A stretch of 58,059 nt of DNA, counting the filler, from Sphacelaria rigidula (Eukaryota): the NCBI GenBank assembly GCA_964200075.2. It is 7 parts of 7 records of this genome, joined end to end, with 100 filler letters (N's around TTAATTAATTAA, not from the genome) between each part and the next. Parts side by side here need not be neighbours in the genome. Positions count along the whole stretch, not along the records: positions 16,619 to 24,827 come from CAXNAA020011913.1; positions 24,928 to 33,136 come from CAXNAA020011914.1; positions 33,237 to 41,444 come from CAXNAA020011915.1; 4 more parts are not named here. One strand, 5' to 3'. The translations under genes and the position numbers were made by a program. Shown here piece by piece: positions 23,111 through 34,203 of this stretch. Each line of letters begins with the position of its first letter. The stretch's first letter is position 1. The notes below the pieces were generated by a model, which saw only the letters and a program-made list of their open reading frames with translations, did no database searches and was not told the origin of the DNA.

Positions 23111-23667
23111 ATCCGGATCAAGTATGCAAGAAAACAGTTGTCAGCTCCCTCACCTGTTGACCTGTATGGCCCGGGTACAATGCATGTTCACAAGTCCGGA
23201 CGTTGGCTGTAGCAACCCGGGCACATGGAATATGAAGTGCGCATATTTTATTCAAAATGCTTCAACGGTGGGGGTGCATGTTTTCCCCGAAGATGTGCAC
23301 TGTCCCCGCATCCGAATGAAGTACACAATAAACAATATTCAGTATTCCTCACTTGCTAACCTGGCCCGCGTACAATGTGCATGTTCACCAGTCCGTATGT
23401 TGGCTGTGGAAACCCGGGCATATGAACATGAATCACAAGTCCGTATGATGGCTGTAGAAACGCGGGCATATGAAATATGAAGTACGTGCGGAGTATATTT
23501 TATTCTGAGTGGCTCCACGCTAGGACTGCATATTTTCCCCGAAGATGTGCACCGTCGACGCATCCGAAGGAAGTCTACAATAAACAGTATTCAGTATTCC
23601 TCACCTGCCATCCCGTATGGCCCCAGTACAATGTGCATGTTCACAGGTCCGTATGTTGACTGTTGAC
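23111..23667. repeat. Diverged tandem repeat, ~2.5 units of 200-250 bp
   Basis: Units start atccg.a..aagt at ~23111, ~23310 and ~23562. gtacaatg..catgttcac is shared by all three, ttttccccgaagatgtgcac by the first two. Confidence 0.8.
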
Positions 23668-24827
23668 TTCACGAGTAGCTACACGAAGTACGTGTAATTA
23701 TTGGAGCTTATTCTAACATGTTTCATCATCGACGGGTACATTGCCGGCGTTGACGCACAAGTATCATCTCCCGTAAGCCTGCTTGACGATCAGTCGTATG
23801 ACCTTCGCGATCTGAGATTGATCTGTATCCGTGTGACCCGTTGCATCATCTACATACATTTCTTGTGAGGTAACCTATAGAACCCGGTTGTTCTGCACAC
23901 ATGGCTTGATGACTGAACTGTATGATCCATGTGATTCGTACATATCTGTCTGATGATGATCTGTATGACCCGAGTTCCGTACATCACCTCCTTGGGCACA
24001 CCTACGTGATCCGAATCAGGTGTATACGAAACGTCAAGAAGAGCCTGTGTATCCTTATTACCCATACATGATGACTCCCTTCCGATCGATGGTATCCGGA
24101 ACACGAGGACCGTTCCATCACTAGTTGCACTACTGTTATGCCCGTGAATGGGGCCCGATTTTGGGTACTATATACCTGGAAAATGGACCGACCAACTCCA
24201 CAGTCAGTTGAATGCGGAAGAAATAAAATCTACATGAGTCACTCAGTATCAATCACAAGTACACGCGTCACTTGACATGACGACGGCGCTCATACAAAAT
24301 GTACTATTGCTTTAGTACATTCTACAACACACCTGTGACGGACGTTGCGCTGTACACCTTTGTGCACAGGGGTATAACAACAGGAGGGTAGAAGCTGCTG
24401 CTTGTGTTGTTGCTGTGCCCTTCTTGTTGCAGTATGTTGTTGTGCTTATCTTTCAACGCCATTTTCTTGGCAACGACGCAGAGGATTGGACTGGAGTTTG
24501 ATGTACGCGCTTCCCACACACCAGAACTAGTGAATTTGAAAAGGTTTCCATACGTATGCCGCGGAGGACGCAGCACTTTGCAAACCGCTGTACCAAACGC
24601 AGACTGTACTACAAAACGCGTTTCCTGCAGCGTTTTAGGACTTTTCGGATCCGCTGTGGCGATTTAGCAACTCCGCCTTTCAAAAGCACCACGTCTAGTG
24701 TGTGTGCGGGGGGCTGTGAAGTTCCAGAAGGCGCCTTGTTTCTTGTCTCGAGATAGTAGCGATGAAAACTTTCAAGGGTCGGACAAATAATGATTCGTCT
24801 GGAAATTACTTGGTTTTAGTATCATGA

Positions 24828-24927
24828 NNNNNNNNNNNNNNNNNNNNNNNNNNNNNNNNNNNNNNNNNNNNTTAATTAATTAANNNNNNNNNNNNNNNNN
24901 NNNNNNNNNNNNNNNNNNNNNNNNNNN
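24828..24927. other. Artificial contig spacer
   Basis: N44-TTAATTAATTAA-N44. Confidence 0.98.
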
Positions 24928-25000
24928 GCTCCGGGAATCGAGCCCCACAACTCAACCGTCAGAAGGTTACGAGGTTACCAACTGAGCCACCGGGGCGACC
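24928..25000 (-). mobile_element. tRNA-derived SINE head, cut by the contig start
   Basis: Reverse complement GCCCCGGTGGCTCAGTTGGTAACC...GGGGCTCGATTCCCGG with A and B boxes; same family as the copies at 218 and 33922. Confidence 0.7.
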
Positions 25001-25423
25001 GGTGTCAGTAGACCTATTCAGATGATGGAAAGGTTGGGAAACAAGCAGCTTGCAGTTTGCAGCTTGACCGTATTGACCGCGACGGTAGGCCACCTGTGCC
25101 ATGCAAATGTTTTCAAGTGAAATTGATGCCGATTCAACAGATGACCTTCGCTGGCGGTGGTCGATGAGTAAGATGTGCTACAGAATGAGGCTCTGAACGA
25201 CACGTTTCACCGCAAGTGCCTTCACACACGGTAGCATCAGGACTCATTAATCAATCCTCCCCTTTCCAACCCTCTCTCCAGCAAGACCATCAGCGTTCCT
25301 CGGTGGCTTGCCTCCATTGCTCACACAAGCGGACACGGGAAAACATCCCGGTAAGCGCATACACGATGTACATAGATGATCGTATCGTTTCCGAAGGTGC
25401 CTGTGCTTGTTCTTGTCGAGCAC

Positions 25424-25466
25424 GTTGTTGCTGCTGTTGCTGTTGTTGTTGTTGCTGCTGCTGCTG

Positions 25467-25535
<69 letters not shown>

Positions 25536-25581
25536 TTGTTGTTGTTGTTGTTGTCGTCGTCGTCGTCGTCGTCGTCGTCGT
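25424..25581. repeat. Compound (TGT)n(TGC)n(CGT)n microsatellite
   Basis: Direct reading of the sequence. Confidence 0.95.
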
Positions 25582-25960
25582 CTCCACATTAAAAAATCGT
25601 TCCGATATCTGCGCAGTACTCTGTACTAGGCATCTGATCCGGATGCCTTCCGTGATCACAGGCATGTAATGCTTCATCAAGAGAATCATGCAGTTCAGTA
25701 CTTCGAAGTCTAGTACTATTTATATTGTGGAGGAATTGGAGGGAGAAACTTGCAACGTCAACTGCGTCAACGCATATTTTATAGTAAACGTATTGTAATC
25801 GAGTAGTAGATATCTTACATGATGCGTTTCATCACGAGCAAGTGCCGCCACTCAGTATCAGGACTTGTCACTCATCAACCCGCCCCTCTCCAGCTCTGCA
25901 TCCTGTCTATACTGCACGCTGCAATCAAGCACCGCTCAACAAATACTGTTCACGTACAGT

Positions 25961-26552
25961 ATTTCAAATTCCACCAACAATCGATCGTCCGAAGACTCGA
26001 ACTCCCGCCCCCTACTTTGACAAGCAAGTATTTGACCATGGAAACAGGGGATCTAACCAGTCCAATGGGTAAACTGCTCGCTTCCTCAACAAAAGTTATG
26101 ATATGTGGTTCATCCCGAGATGACACGCACCAGTGAGTCCGAGGCGCTCAGCCCTTCACAAGCCTAACTGTTCACATTTCGAATTCCACCAACGACCGAT
26201 CGTCCGGAGACTCGAAGCCCCGAACTGTTATTTCACAAGCGGGCATTTGGCCATTGTAACATTGCGCGCCCACAAGCGTACATTGGATCATTGAGGCAGT
26301 GACCGTTGGGCGGACATGTGACCATTGGACCAGTGAGCGTCCACAAGCGATCATTCAACTATTGAGCCATTGAGAGCTCACTATTATTAACTACCTCAAG
26401 TTAAAATGATGCCAATTCACAAAAACAAAAATCAGCACTGGGTTCTCAACGGGTTAATTGTTCAATAAAGAACAATGCCCGCTTGTGGAAGAAGAGGTCA
26501 GCGGTTCGAGTCTCCGGATGGTTGGTTATTGGTGAAATTTGAAATGCGAATA
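25961..26552. repeat. Three tRNA(Asp/His)-like repeat units, two on minus and one on plus
   Basis: Shared core aat(g/a)c(c/t)(c/t)gcttgt(c/g)...ttcgagtct(c/t)cgga...ttggtg(g/a)aatt(t/c)gaaat at ~25961-26051(-), ~26175-26268(-) and ~26468-26552(+). Confidence 0.6.
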
Positions 26553-27221
26553 GTGAGCGCTCACTGGTTCAATGATTAAACTGTTCGCTCCCTGTACACG
26601 TTTGACTTCTCGTGTTCTGATGCGCGGTGGGGTGGGCCGCGAATTGCGGCAAGCACGGTTGTTCCGATTATCAAGTGATCCGTGGTTCTAGAGCTTACTG
26701 CTGCTGAAACGTTTTGCCGCGGTATCTGTTTTGCCTGCGCCCAGGGTTACGTGGTACGGCAAATGGTCTGTACTGTTGACCCGCAGTACTGCTGTTGTTG
26801 TGCTGTTGCATGTTGAACGGGGCGTTCTACTATAATACTGCACGGGCTCGTGGGGACAGCGGCCTACCTTCAATAAACAGTAATCGAGTGATTCCACGAT
26901 GCACTTCTTGTCCTATAGTCCAAAGGCTCCTTTCTAGGGCTGCACACGAAGGCACATATGTTTGTCATCGAGAGCCTCCTAATAAAGTGCAGAACCTCAG
27001 AAGACTGTGCACCCCTACCGCAGAACTGCTCAATCGGGTAATGAACACATGCGTGATGTGTTCTTTTCTCTGCGAACGAGCAGCGCTTTGACTTCAGGCC
27101 GCATCTTAGTCCCATTGTTATCGACACTGTTTTTTCCGAGATCCCTGAGTTTCTAGGCGTTTGCAAAATCCGGCGTGCACAGCATGCTTGCTTTTTGTCA
27201 ATGGTATGCGTAGATATGCCC

Positions 27222-27695
27222 TGTAATGCGTGGGAAGACCGCGTGCGAAGGAGACCGCATCGGAGTTTAAACATCCCCATGATCAGAGTTAGGGTTAGGG
27301 TTAGGGTGTAATGCGTGAGAGGACCGCGCAGAGTTAGGGTTAGGGTTAGGGTGTAATAATGCGTGAGAGGACCGCGTGCTTCCAGGACCGCATCTGAATA
27401 TGAATATCCATGTGGTTCGGGTTAGGGTTAGGGTTGGTTAGGGTCAGGGGCGTGGTTCCTGCAGGGACTGGCCCGATTGGTTTCGAAAAACGCCGATCCT
27501 GGGGTGTTTTGGACTACGGCACGGTCCTCCAAGCACGCGGTCCTCTCACGCATTACAAGGGTAAGTGTTGCAGTTAGGGTCAGGGGCGTTGTCCCTGCGG
27601 GGACACGGCCCCGATTGGTTTTGATAAACGTCGACCTTGAGGTGTTTTGAACTACGATGCGGTCCCCTAAGCACGCGGTCCTCCCACGCGTTACA
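27222..27695. mobile_element. Nested TTAGGG-bearing TIR elements (TGT...ACA termini)
   Basis: Outer copy 27222-27695. Inner copy 27352-27557 lies in the outer TTAGGG tract with TSD AGGG. The left junction is duplicated (extra left end at 27307). Confidence 0.85.
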
Positions 27696-28524
27696 CACCC
27701 ATTAAACCACCAGCTATGGACTTTACAAACGGCGCGGTAGCGTTCACTCGTAGAAGCACAGCAGGCAAGCAGGCAGCTACTGGATTGTTTCTGCTCTTCA
27801 CTTAGAAAGTGCGTATACATGTCCGCAAACGACGACCATCGTGCTTGACCCCAACAGCCCCACCACCACTGCCGACACACACACCGTCTACAAAAGTAAG
27901 AAGATGGACACCGCCAACCCACGGTACTTTTGACTCTACGACATGGCCTAGGGTGCCACTAAAAATATTCCTGACGACCCTCTCACGCTTGCGAGCGTTG
28001 CGACGTGCTCACAGGGCAGCGCTGCAGAGTGTTGCGTTGCAGTCCGACGTGTTGAGACTTTTAACGCGAAGCTTCAGAGAGAAATCAAGCCGCTTTATTT
28101 TCGGAGAACGTCAATCGATGCACGGAGCTTTCCAGCTACAACACAGTATTTATAGTCGGTATTCTTATTTGTATGTGCTGCATTCCGGGAGGGCCGGTCG
28201 ACCACGCCCCCGCCTTTCTGACCCCCTCGCCCCAGTTCACAGAGAGATTGCGAGAAATATATTTACCGTAGTTTTGAACGCCATACAAGGGCAGGCAGTA
28301 TCATCCTGTCCTTCATTTTGCCGGCGAATGCAGGCAAACGACGAGGAGATCAGCACTTAATCCGTGATAAGATGGCTAACAGCAGTAGCAGCAGATGTCG
28401 ATAATACGAGTTGTTGGGAGCTCTCCTGAATTTGAGAACCGATCTGAAAAAGCATTTCACACGTTGGACGAGCACGAGTATGACTCGTGGCACTCGCACT
28501 CGTTTGGCTTCTCGTTCGCCGTAG

Positions 28525-28910
28525 AAATGAGTAGGGCGAGTACTCGAGTCATCGCTCGTTGTGGAAAAAACTGATAGGACGAGCACTCGAGTCATTATTC
28601 GTTGTGGAAAAATGAGTGGAGCGGGCACTCGAGTCATTGCTCGTTGTGGAAAAAAAAAGTAGGGCGAGCTCTCGAGTCACTGCTCGTCATGGGAAAAATG
28701 AATAGGGCGAGCACTCGAGTCATAGCTCGTTGTGGAAAAAATGAGTAGAGCGGGCACTCGAGTCATCGCTCGTTGTGGGGAAAAATTAGCAGGGCGAGCT
28801 CTCGAGTCATTGCTCGTCATGGGAAAAATGAATAGGGCGAGCACTCGAGTCATAGCTCGTTGTGGAAAAAATTCATAGGGCGAGTACTCGAATCATTGCT
28901 CATGGTGGAG
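28525..28910. repeat. Minisatellite, 9 units of ~43 bp (gggcgagcactcgagtcattgctcgttgtggaaaaatgagta)
   Basis: ctcgagtca recurs about every 43 bp; no unique spacers. Confidence 0.92.
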
Positions 28911-29129
28911 AAGTAAACGACTCGAACACACGAGATATATTGCTCGTGACGAACGACTTAAGAGGAGGAGTCAGCAATCCGACAAGCAAACAAATACTGT
29001 AATGAGCTCTTCTTCGACGATCTTGAACCCAGGATCTTCAAGTTCACATGCATATCTGCACATGCACAAGCGCCAAGCTCCAAAGCTCGTTTTCATTTTT
29101 CCAAGCACCCCCCGCCCCTCCCCCCACAC

Positions 29130-29730
29130 ATACAGAGACTGGCTGGTTGGACACCCATACGGCAGTGTAAAAGCCGTGGCTGTCTCTGGAAGTGGCGATA
29201 CCACAGAATAAACACACTCGGCCATTCGACTACCCCCCTTAAACTCCTCTATCGCGATTTTCATCCTCTCGAGGGTAAAGTGACCCTCGGGAGGATAAAA
29301 ATACCCTGTAGAGGGTATTGGATACTCGGTTCCGGTCATGAAACGAATCCTCTGGAGGGCATCTGATGCTCCAGTGACTTCCGAGGTCTGAATCCCTCCA
29401 GAGTACCAAAAATATGGTGCTCTGGGGCACGTGGTTTCCGTGGACGTCCCTGGGAGGGAAAAATGAACAGCAGAGGGAAACATGAGCATCCTTCCTGTGG
29501 AGGAGGGACCGACTATGGCCTCTGAGGCATTTGTTGAGACTCCGGAGGATATAGCCGTGCAGTAACCTCCAGCATGTACATTTACACTTGTGCACTTGTG
29601 TCCTGACTGCTTCCAGGGGACCTTTGGGACCATCACGCTAGATATAATATATGTATCACCCGCCGTTCACAGATTGAATTGCAAACCCGACAACACTTCT
29701 TCCCACCTATAATATCACCACAATAACCCT
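29130..29730 (-). pseudogene. Orphan exon-like coding segment with a Cys-rich start, probably frameshifted near 29640
   Basis: ttgcag| acceptor gives GYCGDIIGGKKCCRVC..., then the 221-aa ORF in another frame, with a possible |gtatgt donor near 29133; no family recognised. Confidence 0.3.
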
Positions 29731-29990
29731 GCAACAAAGAGCACGAGTTGGGCACAGGGATATAGATATACACACTGCAGTAGTGGAGCATATGGTGTAT
29801 ATCTTGTTGGTAGAAGTTTGAACTTGAGCAGCGGGGTATGGTGCGGGCAATAACTGCATACACACCCATTGACAGTGCAGGCAGACAAAGCTGCGCACAC
29901 TGTTCAAATCCTATTCACGTCGCACTGTAAGCAGAAAACATACATGCAGTCCTGTACTGTACTTTGTCCGCTTCCCTTTCACGTCCTACT

Positions 29991-30719
29991 TAATCGACTG
30001 TGCTCACGCTCTGCCATGGGCAACAGAAACGCAGGATACAATGCGGTACAAATAGCATGGACCATGTTGCAATTGCGGACGGTTAGGTGACCAATCAGGG
30101 GGATGATATATAATGACGTAGATTATGCGAGTACAGTCACGTGTGCAGTACGAGCATCCTGATCGAGCACCGCCCTCCTCAGTCAGTTCATCTTGGTCCA
30201 TCTTGGTCCATCTTGGTTCTGGGTGCCAACTGTAATCAACCGCTCTGATGAGGGGTAAGCGTCCTCACAGATAAAGTGGGTGAACAGCAGTCAACACCTT
30301 GGCTCAGGCAATTAGCAATGTTCCAGAACGTTTGTATTATCTCTTCACTTCACCCTGTTCACTCTCACACAATCCAATCAACTCAGTCACACAGTAATAC
30401 ACGCTCAGTATCCCTCTCACTTCAGTATCACTCTCACAGACTCACCACGTACACTTATGTTAACCCCCAGAGCAAGGCAGGCAGTTGGCACCCAGAACCC
30501 AGAACCAAGATGGACCAAGATGAACTGACTGAGGAGGGCGGTGCTCGATCAGGATGCTCGTACTGCACACGTGACTGTACTCGCATAACCTACGTCATTT
30601 TATATCATTCCTCTGATTGGTCACCTAACCCTCCGCAATTGTAACATGGTCCATGCTATTTGTACCGTGTTGTATCCTGCGTTTCTGTTGCCCATGGCAG
30701 AGCGTGAGCATAGTCGATT
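29991..30719. mobile_element. Element with ~240-bp highly similar inverted arms and a ~250-bp spacer
   Basis: 29991-30232 is the reverse complement of 30482-30719; the ORF track shows the same peptide MDQDELTEEGGARSGCSYCTRDC on both strands. No TSD found. Confidence 0.8.
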
Positions 30720-31769
30720 CCGGGAGTGATCTCACTGCAAAGTTGGTGTACCCCGTCCCTGGCCCACAAAAAAGCCTTCAGAGCGAAAGAAAGCCCAAGT
30801 TGTCGGTGCTCGGATTCCCGATTTTTTCATCATTTACTTGCATCTCATGTAGGCCCGTCCTCCCATCCCCCAAACGTTTTTTGGTTCACCATCCCAGAGT
30901 AAACCCTAGCTGATAATACTAACATGTAGTGCTCGGGGGAAGTTCGGGAATAAATGTACCCTACTATGTAGTATGTGGTCATGTTCACAAGGCGACTGAA
31001 TCTGGCAACGCTGTGGGACGAGAGACCGAGCTACAGGCATGAGTTCTGCGTACCCCTCTGTCGAAGCAGTACAAGCGGCGGTGGGGTTGTACGTAATCGA
31101 CGGTAACGAACTTGCTGTGTTTAGGCAGCTGATCTCTGTCGTAGAGAACTGCCCAGAACATGTGAGGGAGTATGCAGCAGCAGCTGCTGCTGCATTCGAA
31201 AAGGCGTGCTGCACCGTACTGTATCTGCGGCGCAAAAACCATGCCGTTTGAAGAGATTTTTCCGCTAGCAACAACGAGGGAAGTGGCGGCCCACCCCGAC
31301 CACAAAGGGCTGGGTGGCAAGGTGATGGGGACAGTATCCAAGGCCTCAAGTGGCGGACGACGGTTGCCACATCCTGTTGAAAGCTCTCCACCGCGACTCA
31401 TACTGCTCATGCGCACAACACCCGAATTATAGAACACACGGATTGTACGTGCACTTGAAAGTAGATCATATAAAACTTTCGGTCTTCATCTATCCCTGCC
31501 GTTACATACATACGTTGATTTTAAGCAACATGAAGCCACTGTTTCATGCATATGCAGGACACGTCATTCCTGACCAACCTCATTGGCTGTCCTGGAGGCC
31601 CAGTCCCAAAAGGGTTAATCGCTCATTCAAGGGGAAGGTGCCCATCTACCAAATTATCTGGGCTAATTTGTTCTCGCTGATGAACCCCATGTCTAGTCAT
31701 TCCTGTACCGTACGTAGATAGCTTCCACTCTGAGATCTTTTTGAAACCCTGAACGATGCATCCAGCGGA

Positions 31770-31878
31770 TGATTTTTAGTGTGGACCTTCCCTGGAGCAC
31801 AGGGAGACGATATACATACTCTCACCTCACCAAATTTGTAATCTACGTCGAGATATGGCCCACATAAGTTTCTATACT
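31770..31878. repeat. Dispersed repeat (MITE-like) fragment, also present inverted at ~34677-34783
   Basis: gtgtggac.ttcc.tg.agcac.gggagacgata...ctcacct...gagatatggc is shared between contigs 4 and 5. Confidence 0.7.
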
Positions 31879-33136
31879 AAAATCGATACATTACGAGCAG
31901 AGGCACTAAATGGCGTAGATCTGGATATCGCACCACATTTTTGAGAGTTGTGCTATAAAATTTGGTATGGAGATCGGCTAGTGCATAATATAACAAAAAA
32001 AAGGAGTGTTTTGCTGTATTTTTTCGTTTTTTTCTCATCTTGTTTCTTGTGTTTTCAGGGGAGTTTCGAGGAGAGATGATCGGTGCTTCTGGGCCGTATC
32101 TAAGGTTCTTAGCTCGATACTTGAAATTATGATTCGAAACTTGAGATAAAGAACGACAGAGGCATGCTGAATAAAACAAAAAGGGGCCTTCATTTGTTTT
32201 GGGGGGGTAGGGGGAGAGGTTCGGGCGTTCTCGTGAAAAATTGGTCGTGACCATATTAAAACACCCGGAACCAGCGGGAAAAATATATCAAAACCAATTT
32301 GATCCATTTCTCTCGGCTCAGCATGACCTAGCGAGGTCCCGCACAGAGTTTTGAAACACACCAAACGTGGGCCGGTAAACGGTCTGCAAAATACTGTCCC
32401 GAATTTTCACCGGTCCGGTTTTTGATAGGCGATTTTGCAATTCTTCACTCAGAGTTGAACAGTAGTAAACAGCCGATCCTAATTTTCGGGGTTGAAACAA
32501 AAAATTAGGTAGAAGTCCCATATCTCTATTGCAGGGAAAATACGAAAGAGTAAGGCAGAGCGAAAGTATCTTCCTTCCCAAACCTCCGCAGCAGGAGTTA
32601 CCCGTTAGATCGCGAGAGTAGATCACCTGCTGAATCGGCATCAATATTCACTTGGAAAAAGTACACGCGTGGTCCAGATGGACTACGGGCACCGGGGTCC
32701 AAGGGTTAAGCAACTCTGGCTAGGTGCACCCAACGAAATGCGGTGTACACGCGTGTCGATGACGATATCACCAGAGACAGAGAAGAAGCGACAGAGAGGA
32801 AGCTCCTCGCCCGTGCGCTTCGTGTGTCCCCGCTCGGCGATTTCCAAACTCTCGAGAGACTGGCATCCTTGATCTTACCAGCATGTGCCAAATTTTTCAT
32901 ATGCCAGAGCATCGACGTGCAGAGAAATCCCGTAGTCGCTTCTTGCCTGTCGCCATCGCGAACATCGATTTCTCTCTGTCTCTCCTTTTGGACAGGACGT
33001 GCCTCTGTGCGCTGAAACCCATGCTGAAAAAATAGGGCAATGTTCCCGTCACCGCTACTACTGTTCTCTGTCACACCCATATGCCAGCAAGGATGGTGCT
33101 GCGGCAATAACAGATAGATCCAACTTGAACTTAGGG

Positions 33137-33236
33137 NNNNNNNNNNNNNNNNNNNNNNNNNNNNNNNNNNNNNNNNNNNNTTAATTAATTAANNNNNNNN
33201 NNNNNNNNNNNNNNNNNNNNNNNNNNNNNNNNNNNN
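33137..33236. other. Artificial contig spacer
   Basis: N44-TTAATTAATTAA-N44. Confidence 0.98.
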
Positions 33237-33921
33237 TGCTCCGTCCCGGCTTTGTAAGGATACGAGGTCAATGGTCTGATGACTATGGCATGCGAGATCA
33301 TGAGTACACCCCCGCCTTCCTATGATCTATTCCGAGTAAATTACTGGTGCTAGTATAACCAACTTCTGGCAAACGCACAGCAGTGTCATGTATCGCGTCT
33401 GTTTGCGCATTCACTTACGTGCGCGCACATCGCCGCAGACACCCTTGTTTTTTTTTGGGGGGGGGGTTCATTTCCTGGGCGAATTTCAAGATTACATCTC
33501 CACGTTTCCCGAAAAATTGAAGTTCTCCACGACTTTTCAAACAACAAACTCCCGGCGCTATATTTTCGGAGAAATCTGTGGTCAACCTTCTTTTTTTGAA
33601 TATATTGCCTAAACTGGTCGGGAAACATGCTCCCCCAATTTTCGGACAAAAAAGGTTTTTCCTCCGAAAATATGGGAGATTCCATGGGGGTGAGGGAGGA
33701 AGGAGAATGGTTAACGGTACCCCTCAGGCAGTTTCACGATAAACAAACGACAAAAGATCTTCTCGTCGAAGGTTGCCTTGCCGCGCACCGCGTCCACGAT
33801 AGAGCTACCCCGAAAACCACCATCCGGTGCCGTGGGCGGCGTCATTCACGTATACACCACCCGTGCCTGGTGGCAGACGAGAGAGGGATGACATCCGCGA
33901 CTTTTTTTTTACTCACACTGT

Positions 33922-34203
33922 GAACCTCTCCCCTCCCTCGGGATGATTCCGTGGTCTCAAGGGATCAGCCCATCTCTCCCTCGGTACGCGCCTTTCACTT
34001 TGGTCTCGCCGATTGGGTCAGCACTTCCGCACCGCGCCAACTCACATCACACAGATCCAGTCGACTACTTTGTTTACTCACGGTCTCACGCTTTCCGCGG
34101 TGTAAATCATACATTACTAAGAAAAAACCCAACGCATCGGGAATCGAACCCCCGTTCTCTCCACCCTAATGGCGATAGTCCGACCATTATACCACCGGGG
34201 CGC
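33922..34203 (-). mobile_element. Near full-length tRNA-derived SINE (~280 bp)
   Basis: Minus-strand head GCCCCGGTGGTATAATGG...GGTTCGATTCCC; its 3' end is shared with 39106-39170. Confidence 0.8.

Noticed and set aside
25216..25689. Poly-Cys/Ala/Leu/Thr ORFs
   Set aside because: Translations of a trinucleotide microsatellite.
27283..27450. True telomere or chromosome fusion site
   Set aside because: The TTAGGG tracts are short, on one strand only, and enclosed by TIRs of a dispersed element.
28525..28910. CRISPR array
   Set aside because: Units are contiguous with no unique spacers, there are no cas genes, and the context is eukaryotic.
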